In this document: piece after piece, positions 35,427 through 45,030 of the stretch
How the letters are laid out: each line of letters opens with the position of its first letter
Numbering within the stretch: the first letter of the stretch is position 1
Assembly: GCA_030432195.1 (NCBI GenBank)
Contig: JAUIHE010000002.1
Coordinates: forward strand, 5,045 to 69,044
Origin: Alphaproteobacteria bacterium
GTDB taxonomy: Bacteria; Pseudomonadota; Alphaproteobacteria; UBA7985; JAUIBT01
DNA: 64,000 nt
Direction of reading: 5' to 3'
Position numbers and translations under genes: made by a program
The notes under the pieces: generated by a model
Told to the model about the DNA's origin: nothing
What the model saw: the letters and a program-made list of their open reading frames with translations, nothing else
Database searches by the model: none

Positions 35427-37727
35427 ATGACCGCGATAACGCAAAGCCACATGGGGGAAGTTTGGCCGCAAGCTGAACCAGGGCGTGACGGCGCACACTA
35501 TGCCACCCTCCGGTTTTCCCCCGGCACGCCGTGCCAGGTGCGGAGTTTTCAAACCCTAAAGTTTGACATCACCGTGGGCGAGTTCGGTCTGGACGACACC
35601 GGCGCAATCAAGATTGTACAGCGCTGGACCTACGATGGCGGCGCTTTGCAAACCCATGATCCCGGCGCAATGAACTATGTAACCGCCAGGGCCTCGAACG
35701 GCGTGGAAATGGAGCTAGATATCGAGCGCTATCCGCACCAGCGGCCCTGGTACAATGGCCTGCGTGTGACGGTAAAGCGCGGCTATCTCTCGCCGGGTGA
35801 CACCATCCAAGTTCTGTTCGGCGACACCAGCCAAGGTGGGCCCGGGTATCGCCTTCAAACCTTTCCAGAGCGCTATCACGAGTTTCGTTTGCTGGTTGAT
35901 GCCTGCGCAACGGGTGTGTTCTTGCCGGTGGCAAGCTGCGGCTTGGATATTGTGCCAGGCCCGGCGGTACGCTGGGTGCTTGCCGCGCCGACCTTGCGCC
36001 GTCCGGGTGAGCCCTTTGCGCTGGGGCTACGGGCTGAAGATCAGTGGGGCAACGCCTGTATTTTGGAGCCCCACGAGGTTCAGCTCCGCGCGAATGGTCC
36101 TGTGATCGGATTGCCCCAAAAGTTGCGCCTGGAAGCGGGCTCTTTAGGGCAATCCATAGAGAACTTGCGGCTGGAGGGCGAAGGCGAGCGGGTCTTTGAG
36201 CTGTTGGATGCCGCGGGCCAAGTCTTGGCGCGTTCTAACCCCTTGCGGGTCCAGGACGGGCCCTTTTCCGCCTATTGGGGCGACCTGCACGGGCAGAGTG
36301 GGGAGACCGTTGGCATCAATCCGCTGCAAGACTACTTCGAATTTGCCCGCGATGTGGCGTTTTTGGATGTCACCAGCCATCAGGCGAATGATTTTCAAAT
36401 CACCAAAGACTTTTGGCGCGAAATAAATACCCAGTCGGACCGTTTTAACCAAGATGGCCGATTTACCGTTTTTCCAGGCTACGAGTGGTCCGGCAACACC
36501 CCTGTCGGCGGCGATCACAATGTTTTCTTTCGCCATTCGGGCCGTGCCATTCACCGTTCATCACACGCCCTACTGGCTGACCGCAGTGATATTGACAGCG
36601 ATGCACCGACCTTGGAGGCGCTGTTCGAGGCTTTGGCAGACGAGGACTGCGTTCTTTATGCCCACATCGGCGGCCGTCCTGCCGACATTTCCCGCGCCCA
36701 CGATGGGCGGCTGCGTACCGCGGTCGAGCTGCATTCGGATTGGGGCAGCTTTGAATGGCTTATGGCCGACGCTTTTGCCTTGGGTCAGCGTGTCGGCCTG
36801 GTCTGCAACAGCGATGGCCACAAAGGCGCGCCGGGCGCTTGCTATCCTGGCGCCTCCGAATTTGGCGCCTACAGCGGCTTGACCTGCTTCTTGGCCACCG
36901 AATTGAGCCGCGACGGCATCTTTGAGGCCATGCGACGGCGCCATCACTACGGAACGACCGGGTGTCGGATGCAGCTGGCTTTAACAGCACAGCTGGGCGC
37001 GCAAGGTTTGGTTTATCGCCGCGATCCGGCGCTTGGACCGGTGCAAGCAGAGCCTGCGGATCGAGCCATCATGGGGGATATTGTGGCCCGCCCTGGCCCG
37101 CAACTAACCTTGGAAATCAATGTTACCGCGCACGCGCCCTTGCTAAAGGTGCAAGTTCTGAACGGCACACAGATCGTTGCGAACCTGCCGCTCTATGAGG
37201 CCGCAGACCTTGGGGACCGGTTGCGGATAGTCTGCCAAGGTGCGGAATATCGCGGCCGCGGGCGCCAAGTTCATTGGCAGGGGCAGCTTCATTTTGACCT
37301 CGCAGAGATCACCGGGTTTTCCAAGTTCAATGCTTGGAATTTGGAGCGAAATTTTGTCCAGCAAGACCCGCAATCGGTGGCCCTGGATACCATTACGACC
37401 GGAAATTTCAGCGGCTGCGATGTCTGGTTATCGGGCAGCCATGAGGGCAAGTTGAGCATTGATACGCCGCTCGTCCAAGCGCAGTTGGCCTTGGCCGAAT
37501 TGGGGCTTGAAGAGCGCCGCTTGGAGGCTGGCGGACTGGATCGTTGCATTCGGGTTATGCGCCTGCCCGATCATCTCGAAACCTGCGCGCTTCGCCAGAC
37601 CATCAGCCTAGATCTGCACGATCGAGGCGATAATCAAATTTGGCTGCGGGTAGAAACCGAGGACGGCTTTGTTGCTTGGTCGAGCCCGATTTATGTCATT
37701 GACCCTCCAGAAACCCTGTCTGGCTGA
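35427..37727 (+). CDS. DUF3604-like / PHP-fold metal-dependent hydrolase domain protein
   Basis: 766 aa; YWGDLHGQSGET, GYEWSGNTPVGGDHNVFF and GLTCFLATELSRDGIFEAMRRRHHYGTTG resemble the DUF3604 metal-site pattern as I recall it. Confidence 0.55.
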   Translation: MTAITQSHMGEVWPQAEPGRDGAHYATLRFSPGTPCQVRSFQTLKFDITVGEFGLDDTGAIKIVQRWTYDGGALQTHDPGAMNYVTARASNGVEMELDIERYPHQRPWYNGLRVTVKRGYLSPGDTIQVLFGDTSQGGPGYRLQTFPERYHEFRLLVDACATGVFLPVASCGLDIVPGPAVRWVLAAPTLRRPGEPFALGLRAEDQWGNACILEPHEVQLRANGPVIGLPQKLRLEAGSLGQSIENLRLEGEGERVFELLDAAGQVLARSNPLRVQDGPFSAYWGDLHGQSGETVGINPLQDYFEFARDVAFLDVTSHQANDFQITKDFWREINTQSDRFNQDGRFTVFPGYEWSGNTPVGGDHNVFFRHSGRAIHRSSHALLADRSDIDSDAPTLEALFEALADEDCVLYAHIGGRPADISRAHDGRLRTAVELHSDWGSFEWLMADAFALGQRVGLVCNSDGHKGAPGACYPGASEFGAYSGLTCFLATELSRDGIFEAMRRRHHYGTTGCRMQLALTAQLGAQGLVYRRDPALGPVQAEPADRAIMGDIVARPGPQLTLEINVTAHAPLLKVQVLNGTQIVANLPLYEAADLGDRLRIVCQGAEYRGRGRQVHWQGQLHFDLAEITGFSKFNAWNLERNFVQQDPQSVALDTITTGNFSGCDVWLSGSHEGKLSIDTPLVQAQLALAELGLEERRLEAGGLDRCIRVMRLPDHLETCALRQTISLDLHDRGDNQIWLRVETEDGFVAWSSPIYVIDPPETLSG

Positions 37728-37774
37728 GCCTCCGCCTGGCTGACCCCCATCATCGCGAGCGCGAAACGCCCGGC

Positions 37775-38665
37775 CTAGGTCCGTGAGGCCGTCACGGTCT
37801 CTTCAATGGTTTGGGCAATGGTGGCATTAAAGTCCGCATCGCTCTGGTCCAGGCTCAGGCCTTCTGTCAAGGCGCGCGAGAAGCTGGCGATCACACCGGG
37901 GTTGGCCGCCAGACGGCGATTGGACTCGTTGCGCGAATAGCCACCCGACAGAGCCACAACGCGCAGCACGCGCGGATGATCGACCAGCTCTTGATAGAAG
38001 CCGGGCTTTTCGGGCAGAGTCAGCTTGAGAATGATCTCCTGGCCGGGCTGCAAATGGTTGAGCCCGCCACGAATCGCCGCCTTCAATGTCGCTTCACAAT
38101 CGGCCTTGTCCGGGGCCTGAATGTTGACCTCGGGTTCTACAATTGGCACCAGACCGTGCTCCAGAATTTGCCGTGCCAGTTTGCACTGCTGATTGACAAC
38201 CGCGGCAATGCCCGCGGCGTCGTTTTCGTGGATGACAGAGCGCATTTTTGTACCGAAGATCCCAGCCTCAACCGCACGGCCACACAAAGCGTCCAGCTCT
38301 GGCATGGGCTTCAAGATTTGGGCGCCGTCTTGGATCTCTTCCAGGCCCTTATCCACCTTCAGAAACGGCACGACGCGGCGTTGCTCCCACAAGTATTTGG
38401 GCACCGGCATGCCCTCGACGCTGCCGTCCATGGTGCGCTCAAACAAAATGGCACCAATGACTTGATCGCCGGTGAAAGCGGGCGCGGTCATGATCCGGGC
38501 GCGCATCTGGTGGATCAAGGCAAACATCTCATCATCGTTGGCATAGTCTTGTGGCTGAATGCCATAGGCTGCCAGGGCCTTCGGTGTTGAGCCGCCGCTC
38601 TGGTCTAGAGCGGCGATCATGCCTTGGCCTTCGTTGATTTGCTTGCGCTGTTCTTGGTTGATCAT
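37775..38665 (-). CDS. fba: class I fructose-bisphosphate aldolase
   Basis: 296 aa; GMIAALDQSGGSTPKAL and FLKVDKGL motifs of bacterial class I FBA. Confidence 0.9.
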   Translation of the reverse strand: MINQEQRKQINEGQGMIAALDQSGGSTPKALAAYGIQPQDYANDDEMFALIHQMRARIMTAPAFTGDQVIGAILFERTMDGSVEGMPVPKYLWEQRRVVPFLKVDKGLEEIQDGAQILKPMPELDALCGRAVEAGIFGTKMRSVIHENDAAGIAAVVNQQCKLARQILEHGLVPIVEPEVNIQAPDKADCEATLKAAIRGGLNHLQPGQEIILKLTLPEKPGFYQELVDHPRVLRVVALSGGYSRNESNRRLAANPGVIASFSRALTEGLSLDQSDADFNATIAQTIEETVTASRT

Positions 38666-38907
38666 TGCTTTTGTTGTCCCCTAGGGTGTCGCTGCCTATG
38701 TACGCCGTCGCCGCATTGTGTATTGATCGGCGATATTTGGCGCGGATAGTGCATGAAATGGGACGCCAAGACCAGAGACCAGCGGTCGCAAAGCGCTGAA
38801 GCAAACACCTGTTGTTGCTGTTTTAACATTTGGCGCGCGAATGCGGCCTTGGGCGGCGTGCTTGGGTTGTTGGTCTTCGCGTTTTTGTGGCTGGGACCCT
38901 ATCAGGA

Positions 38908-40074
38908 CTAGCGCTTTAGCCAAGTCCATCGCGGTCTGTCCGCATCTTGGATTTGTGTTTCACCCCAGCGCTTTTCGAGGCTGAGCGTGCGCACGTCTGG
39001 CTCCGCGATCAGGGCGTCGATCAAGGGTTCGGCGTGGCTTACGACGATGACTTGCGTCGTCGATGCGGCGTGCCGGATCAAGCGCGCAAGGGCGGGCAAC
39101 AGGCTGGGATTGAGGCTGGTCTCGGGCTCGTTCAGGACCAAGAGGCGCGGCGGGCGTGGCGACAAAAGCGCGGCCGCCAACATCAGATACCGAAGCGTGC
39201 CGTCAGAAACTTCTGAGGCGGTTAGGGGGCGCAACAGACCCTTTTGATGAACGGCGCACTCGAACCAACCGTCGCGGCTCGAAACACTGATTTGCGTGCC
39301 GGGGAAGGCATCGTCGATGGTCTCGGCCAAAGCATCCGGGTCGCCGATCTCCATGATGGTTTGCAGCGCCGCGGCCAAGTTGGCGCCGTCGCTGGCCAGC
39401 ACAGGCGCGCGGGTGCCGATTTGGGCCTGGCGGGCAGGGGCGTGCTGATCGCTGCGCAAGGCATCGTAAAACCGCCATGCCCGCATGGCTTCGCGCAGAT
39501 TGAGCAGCTCATACGCCGCCTTGGGGTGGGCGGCATGGGTCATCATGCTATCGTAGTCCGCAAGGCGTGTGTGGACCACCTGATCCTCGCCCATGGCCCC
39601 GCTGTCAGGATCGCGTAGCGTGACTGCCGGGCCGCGCCGCTCGGCGAGCGTTGTACGCGGGTTGAGCTGCTCGCCGATCCAAACTGCCTCTGTTTTTATC
39701 AGCGGGTCGCGCGCAAAGGCGCTGCGCCCTTCGGTCGGCAGGCCAAGATCAATGGCATACCCATAGTCCTGGCTGGCGAAACCCAGTTTGAGGGCAACGC
39801 GCTGGCGCCGTTGGGTGCCTTGCAAGGGGTAATCGCCGCGCTGGACGGCGGCGCTGGGCGCTTCTGGCCCCGCCCACAGCGTGGACGACAGGCCCCCTTC
39901 TTGGGCTAGGGCTGCGATAACGCGCCCTTGAGCCACTTCGCCCAACAATCGCAGAGCGCGATAGAGGTTTGATTTCCCGCTTCCGTTTGGACCCGTAATC
40001 AGCGTCAAGCGGTCCAGAGGCAAGACCAAATCGCGCAGACTTCGATAGCCAGAAACAGCAAGCGTAATCAGCAT
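38908..40074 (-). CDS. AAA/ABC-type ATPase (RecF/SMC-like, COG4637-type)
   Basis: 388 aa; Walker A GPNGSGKSN near the N-terminus, signature-like SDGTLRYL, Walker B LLVLNEPE. Confidence 0.75.
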   Translation of the reverse strand: MLITLAVSGYRSLRDLVLPLDRLTLITGPNGSGKSNLYRALRLLGEVAQGRVIAALAQEGGLSSTLWAGPEAPSAAVQRGDYPLQGTQRRQRVALKLGFASQDYGYAIDLGLPTEGRSAFARDPLIKTEAVWIGEQLNPRTTLAERRGPAVTLRDPDSGAMGEDQVVHTRLADYDSMMTHAAHPKAAYELLNLREAMRAWRFYDALRSDQHAPARQAQIGTRAPVLASDGANLAAALQTIMEIGDPDALAETIDDAFPGTQISVSSRDGWFECAVHQKGLLRPLTASEVSDGTLRYLMLAAALLSPRPPRLLVLNEPETSLNPSLLPALARLIRHAASTTQVIVVSHAEPLIDALIAEPDVRTLSLEKRWGETQIQDADRPRWTWLKR

Positions 40075-40101
40075 CTTAAGCTCGGCGGGGCGGGGCTTGG
40101 A

Positions 40102-41223
40102 CTACCATTCGACTTGAGGCACGGGCCCCAAGAAGACAGGGCCAATGCTCATGCCCGCATCGCTTAGTTCGATGGGCAGCGACAGCAGAGGCTGACCTTG
40201 GGCATCGGTCTGGCTGGTATCCATGCGGGCCATCATGGCAACGGCAAAGCGGGCTTGAGCAGCCGTCAAAATGCCGGTCTCACTGAGCGTGTTAATGAAA
40301 TCGGTTAGGCCCGCCAAATGCAGGTCGATGCGCCCGCGTGGTTGCAGGGCATCGTTGAGGCGAATTTGCCCTTGGCCGCTGAGTTCCAGGCGTTGCAGCT
40401 TTGCGGATAGGCGTTGCAGCTCCAGAACGCCGCCCTGTTTTTGCCAGCGCGCGACGGCGGCTCTATCGGGCATGGCAGGCAGCGCGGGTTCGGCAAAGCC
40501 GTCCACTGCGGCGCTCTCCAAAAAACTGCCGAGCGCCGGTGCCAACTGGGCCGCACTGGCCCCACGAATGAAGGGCAGCTTGCTCAGCGCGGCTGCGAGT
40601 TTGTTGGTGGCCTCGGGCGGCAGGCGCACGGCGTCGGCGCGCGCCTCAAGTGTGGACCGGCTGCCAGGGCGCAGGAAATGCAGGCTCACGCGCTCGGCTT
40701 CGACCGGCAAGCGATCCAGCAGGTTGCCCGACACAGGCCCCAAGGCCAGATCGACCTCGTTCGGTATGGCGCCAGCGGAAAAACGGCTGCGCAAGTGGCC
40801 CTGGGTGACGTCGATCGTCGAGGCAAGGGCGGGCTGGCCCAAGGGCGCTAAGCGATGCCCGCCGCTCAAATCAAGGTCAAACGACCAAGGAGCATAGGCA
40901 GGAACGCTGACCTTTAGGTCGCCCTCGGGTGGTTGCCAGGCGAGGCCCAAATCCCGGGCCGCCACCTCAAGGCCCTGAAAGCGCATGTCAAAGTCGAAAG
41001 GAAAGCCCGAGACCGCAGCCGCTTCCACGTCAAGGCGGTTGCCGCTAACCTCGCGACTCATCATGCTTGCGGCAAAGCCCCAAACGGCTCCTGCCACAAG
41101 CAGCCAATAGATTATATAGACGCCGCACAGGCTGCCAACGCCCCAAGCGCAGCGCCGAGACCAGCGGGCAAGCGGGCCGCGTTGGGCTTTGGTGGGGGAA
41201 GAAGGCTGGGTGGGGACAGTCAT
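40102..41223 (-). CDS. DUF2125-family protein (N-terminal membrane anchor)
   Basis: 373 aa; TM anchor then SGFPFDFDMRF, the GFP-x-x-FD signature I associate with alphaproteobacterial DUF2125. Confidence 0.55.
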   Translation of the reverse strand: MTVPTQPSSPTKAQRGPLARWSRRCAWGVGSLCGVYIIYWLLVAGAVWGFAASMMSREVSGNRLDVEAAAVSGFPFDFDMRFQGLEVAARDLGLAWQPPEGDLKVSVPAYAPWSFDLDLSGGHRLAPLGQPALASTIDVTQGHLRSRFSAGAIPNEVDLALGPVSGNLLDRLPVEAERVSLHFLRPGSRSTLEARADAVRLPPEATNKLAAALSKLPFIRGASAAQLAPALGSFLESAAVDGFAEPALPAMPDRAAVARWQKQGGVLELQRLSAKLQRLELSGQGQIRLNDALQPRGRIDLHLAGLTDFINTLSETGILTAAQARFAVAMMARMDTSQTDAQGQPLLSLPIELSDAGMSIGPVFLGPVPQVEW

Positions 41224-41262
41224 AGCGTGGCTACTTATCTAGGGGTAAAGCGAGCAAAAGAT

Positions 41263-41484
41263 CTAGCCGCCGAGCTTGGCGGAAATAAGCCGCGCCCATA
41301 AGGACCAGTCCACGACGATATAGCCGATCATAAAGACCACCAGTCCGCCAACGGCATAGACCCACCATTGCAGGGCTTTGGGCAAGGGCTGTTGGCAATG
41401 CTCGCAGCGATCTTCTGAGCGTTTGGTTTGCTTGCCGCAGTAAGGGCAAGCACGGGTCATCAGGGTCTGTTCTTTGCGGCTCAT
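41263..41484 (-). CDS. small zinc-ribbon membrane protein
   Basis: 73 aa; CPYCG...CEHC, then one TM (WWVYAVGGLVVFMIGYIVV). Starts 4 nt after the plsC stop. Confidence 0.5.
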   Translation of the reverse strand: MSRKEQTLMTRACPYCGKQTKRSEDRCEHCQQPLPKALQWWVYAVGGLVVFMIGYIVVDWSLWARLISAKLGG

Positions 41485-41488
41485 GGGC

Positions 41489-42259
41489 TCAGTTCTTCGG
41501 GTTTGCCTGTGGCAGGGGCGGTGCGTTGGGGTCGTCTATCAAGCGCGTGACCTCTGCTTCAATGCTGGCTTCCAGTTGCTTGAGCACATCGCGCTTGGAT
41601 AGGCCAGCAGGGATCGCCGGCAAGATGGACAGCGTGATGCAGCCCGGCGCAAAGTTGGAAAAACCCCGCCCCCAATAGAGCCCGGAGTTCAGGGCCACCG
41701 GCACCAAGGGCACCTCCAGGGCTTCATACAGTGCGGCAACCCCGATGTGATAGCTGGTGGTTTCGCCGACCGCGCGCCGGGTGCCTTCGGGGAAAATCAT
41801 CAGTTGGGGGGCTCGATCCGCCATCAGCGCCTTGCCGCGCTCGACCAACAGGCGCAAAGCCTTGCGGCCTTGCTGACGATCGAGGGCGATTACGGGCCAG
41901 CGCTGTACCACCCAGCCGAAAAGCGGCACATTCAGCAGCTCTTGTTTCATTACATAACCTGGATTGGGCAGCAAGAGACCCGGCATGAAAGTATCCCAGG
42001 CGCTTTGGTGCTTCATGGCGAAGATGCAGGCGCCTTTAGGCAGGTTTTCCAGCCCAATGACGCGATAACGAATTCCCAGAATGCCGTGCGCCAAAGCCAT
42101 ATTTCCCTTTAACCACAGTCGCTTGAGCGGGTTTAGTGCGCGCAATCCCAAGGGGCTAACCAGGATCATGGATAGAGCCAATACGGCGCCCCAAAGCCAA
42201 AACAAGGAAGTGAAAAGGTAACTGCGAAGAGTGTACATGGGGCAAGGTCGCTGGGGCAA
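41489..42259 (-). CDS. plsC: 1-acyl-sn-glycerol-3-phosphate acyltransferase
   Basis: 256 aa; HQSAWD (H-x4-D) and FPEGTR acyltransferase motifs. Alternative start at 42238. Confidence 0.85.
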   Translation of the reverse strand: MPQRPCPMYTLRSYLFTSLFWLWGAVLALSMILVSPLGLRALNPLKRLWLKGNMALAHGILGIRYRVIGLENLPKGACIFAMKHQSAWDTFMPGLLLPNPGYVMKQELLNVPLFGWVVQRWPVIALDRQQGRKALRLLVERGKALMADRAPQLMIFPEGTRRAVGETTSYHIGVAALYEALEVPLVPVALNSGLYWGRGFSNFAPGCITLSILPAIPAGLSKRDVLKQLEASIEAEVTRLIDDPNAPPLPQANPKN

Positions 42260-42515
42260 AGGGCAGGGTAGGGCCAGAGCAAGGGCAGGGCTAGGCCAAG
42301 GCTAGCAACGGCGCCTGCCTTATATCACCAAGTCTCGGCAAAGAAAATGCGCCGCGCTTGGGCTGTTGGGATATCTATCGCTCGCTACGGCTAAGGCCTC
42401 GGCTCTGCGATTGTTTCCAAAATAGAAACAGACTGGCGCTCGACATCGCCTTGTTTGGTCTGGTCAAGGATCGCATATCACGCGAGCAAACCGCCAAGCA
42501 AGAAGAGGCAACACG

Positions 42516-43469
42516 ATGGGCATGCTGATAAACGGCATTTGGAATAATGACGATCAGAAGAAGATTACCACAGGCGGGCGCTTTGTGCGCGAAGATGCCG
42601 GTTTTCGCTCCTGGATTGGCGACAATGAAGCTTTGCCTGCCGCGTCGGGGCGCTATCACCTTTACGTTTCCTATGCTTGCCCTTGGGCGCATCGAACCTT
42701 GATTTATCGCGCCCTGAAGGGGCTAGCGCCGCACATCACGGTGTCCGTGGTCAATCCTTTGATGTTGGATCATGGTTGGACATTTGAAGCGGGGCCGGGC
42801 GTTGTTGCTGACCCTCACATGTCTGCCGCCTATCTGCACCAGATCTATACCGCCGCCAAGCCGGACTATACCGGCCGGGTTACGGTCCCGGTACTTTGGG
42901 ACAAACAAACACAGCAAATTGTCTCGAATGAATCATCCGAGATCATCCGCATGTTCAATTCGGCTTTCAATCACCTGACTGGCAACCAGCTTGATTTTTA
43001 CCTCAGTGAGCTGCGCGAAGAAATCGACGCGGTTAACGAGCGCGTTTATCACAGTGTCAACAACGGGGTCTACAAGACCGGTTTTGCCAGAAAGCAAAGC
43101 GTCTACGAAGAAGAAGTGACCGCTCTATTTGAAACGCTCGATTGGCTTGAGGCGCGTTTGGCCAAAGGGCCCTATCTTGTGGGCGATGAGATCACTGAGG
43201 CTGATTGGCGATTGCTGCCAACTCTGTTGCGTTTTGATGCGGTCTATGTCGGGCATTTCAAATGCAATATTCGCCGATTGGCGGACTATCCGCGCTTGTC
43301 TGACTATGTGGCGCGGCTCTACCGCCATCCTGGTGTTCGCGAGACGGTCAATATGCAGCACATCAAGCAGCATTACTATGGCAGTCACAAGTCACTCAAT
43401 CCCAGCGGCATCGTTCCTAAGGGCCCGGTATTGCCCTTTTTGAGCGATGAAGCTCTCGCCGCGGCTTAG
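42516..43469 (+). CDS. yqjG: glutathionyl-hydroquinone reductase (Xi-class GST, YqjG/ECM4)
   Basis: 317 aa; GRYHLYVSYACPWAHRTLI catalytic CPWA motif. Confidence 0.9.
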   Translation: MGMLINGIWNNDDQKKITTGGRFVREDAGFRSWIGDNEALPAASGRYHLYVSYACPWAHRTLIYRALKGLAPHITVSVVNPLMLDHGWTFEAGPGVVADPHMSAAYLHQIYTAAKPDYTGRVTVPVLWDKQTQQIVSNESSEIIRMFNSAFNHLTGNQLDFYLSELREEIDAVNERVYHSVNNGVYKTGFARKQSVYEEEVTALFETLDWLEARLAKGPYLVGDEITEADWRLLPTLLRFDAVYVGHFKCNIRRLADYPRLSDYVARLYRHPGVRETVNMQHIKQHYYGSHKSLNPSGIVPKGPVLPFLSDEALAAA

Positions 43470-43654
43470 AACAGGTGTCAACTTCGACAGATGGCCGGGA
43501 ACCGCCGCCTAGTCATCTGTGAAGTTGATGATAATACAATCTTGCGTGTCGCTCGCCGTTGTTGATGCAATTGTGATGAAGGTTTCATTGATTTTTTGTT
43601 AAAATGTGTTACCCGCAGTCAGGACTAATTTTTTCATCGTCTGGGGATCATTTC

Positions 43655-44242
43655 ATGCGTCGAATATTTGCGATTGCTGGCCTGTTCGGGCTTCTGTTTT
43701 CTCTTCCCGCCGCTGCGCTAGATGCAAGCGCGCCAGCTGCAAGCGCTCAAGAGAGCGCGCTGTTCGGCCTAGAGGCGCAAGGCACCCAACTGGCGGCCAC
43801 ATCCTTCAAGAGCTCGCGGGTTTCAAACTATGGCAACTGGAGCTCGGGCCCGCGGAAAAACGTCCAGGCTAGCTTAGGGTCGCGCGCGGGCAACGTGGTC
43901 GCCAAGATCTACCTGTCACGTCAGGAAATGGAAGTCTACGTCAACGGCAACCTGCGCCACACCTGGAAGATTTCATCGGGACGTTCGGGTTACAGCACGC
44001 CGCGGGGGACCTATCGCCCGCAGCGCATCTATTCGTCATACTTCTCGCGCAAGTACGATAACGCGCCCATGCCGAGCGCCGTCTTCTTTAGTGGTGGCTA
44101 TGCGGTTCATGGCACCGGCCACGTCTCTGCCTTGGGTCGGCGTGCTTCGCATGGTTGCGTGCGCTTGCATCCCGGCAACGCCCGTCAGTTCTTTAACCTA
44201 GCAAAGACCTACGGTCGCAATATCAAGATTCAAATTCTCTAA
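43655..44242 (+). CDS. L,D-transpeptidase (YkuD domain) protein
   Basis: The ATG at 43655 gives a signal peptide (MRRIFAIAGLFGLLFSLPAAA). Catalytic HG...SHGCVRL motif present. Confidence 0.85.
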   Translation: MRRIFAIAGLFGLLFSLPAAALDASAPAASAQESALFGLEAQGTQLAATSFKSSRVSNYGNWSSGPRKNVQASLGSRAGNVVAKIYLSRQEMEVYVNGNLRHTWKISSGRSGYSTPRGTYRPQRIYSSYFSRKYDNAPMPSAVFFSGGYAVHGTGHVSALGRRASHGCVRLHPGNARQFFNLAKTYGRNIKIQIL

Positions 44243-44534
44243 AGGGCGCGGACCTATCACATGGCGTCAGGTCCGGGATATAGGCCGTTGAACGCTTGCC
44301 AATTACGGGGCTGGTTGTCGGATGACAATCGGCCCTTTTCTTTGACCTGCGCCCGCGGACTGTTCGGGCGCCGTGCAGCATGACATTGCTGGTTTGTACT
44401 GGCCGCAAAAGTTTGCTAGTGCTTGCGTCGCTGATTTGCACGCGCCTAACCTGCATTAGCCGATTAATTTTCCCGCAAAGTCGCCGGTGCCGTTGGAATC
44501 AGTCGCTCGGGTCTTGCTCTAGCTCCAGATATCT

Positions 44535-44978
44535 ATGCAAAGCGTTACACTTGTACTTGTCGCCCTTGGCGGTGCCCTGGGAGCTCTATCACGCTATGGA
44601 CTTGCTGTTCTGGGCCAGGCGTGGGGGTGGAGTGGTTTGCCCTGGGCAACCTTGTTGGCCAACACGCTGGGGTGCTTTATCATGGGGCTGGTTGCCGTCC
44701 CGGTAACTGCCGCTTTGCTGGCCGGGCACGCGGATGCGGCCTGGGCCGGTGGTGTGCGGGCGTTTGTCATGGTCGGTTTCCTGGGCGCTTTTACCACCTA
44801 TTCCAGCTTTGCGCTTGAGGTCTGGCGGTTGTTTGAAGCGCCGCATGCCGGAGCGCGCGTTGCTGGCCTAAGTGCTTCGGCGCTTGGATATGCAGGCGGA
44901 ACGCTCGTTTTGGCTTTGCTGGCTTGCGGGCTGGGGCTGCTGCTGGGGGGGCTGCTCATGCAGCTGCGCGCCGCGTGA
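44535..44978 (+). CDS. crcB: fluoride ion channel CrcB/FluC
   Basis: 147 aa; GGALGALSRY and GAFTTYSSF motifs. Confidence 0.9.
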   Translation: MQSVTLVLVALGGALGALSRYGLAVLGQAWGWSGLPWATLLANTLGCFIMGLVAVPVTAALLAGHADAAWAGGVRAFVMVGFLGAFTTYSSFALEVWRLFEAPHAGARVAGLSASALGYAGGTLVLALLACGLGLLLGGLLMQLRAA

Positions 44979-45030
44979 TCTGGACTGCCTCCGCCTTTTG
45001 CTATGCGACCGACCCAATAAGGACCCTGCG

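Noticed and set aside
44505-44525. GGTCTTGCTCTAGCTCC upstream of crcB looked like a fourth (partial, inverted) end of the 108-nt element.
   Set aside because: Only about 11 nt (CTAGAGCAAG plus 1) match and the adjacent sequence does not align. That is too short to separate from chance.
44380-44534. Expected a fluoride riboswitch (crcB motif) upstream of crcB.
   Set aside because: I could not find the conserved GGCGATG...AAAC.GCC...CTGATG.CCTCTAC elements or the pseudoknot complement. Only an isolated GCTGAT is present. An Infernal scan with RF01734 would settle it.
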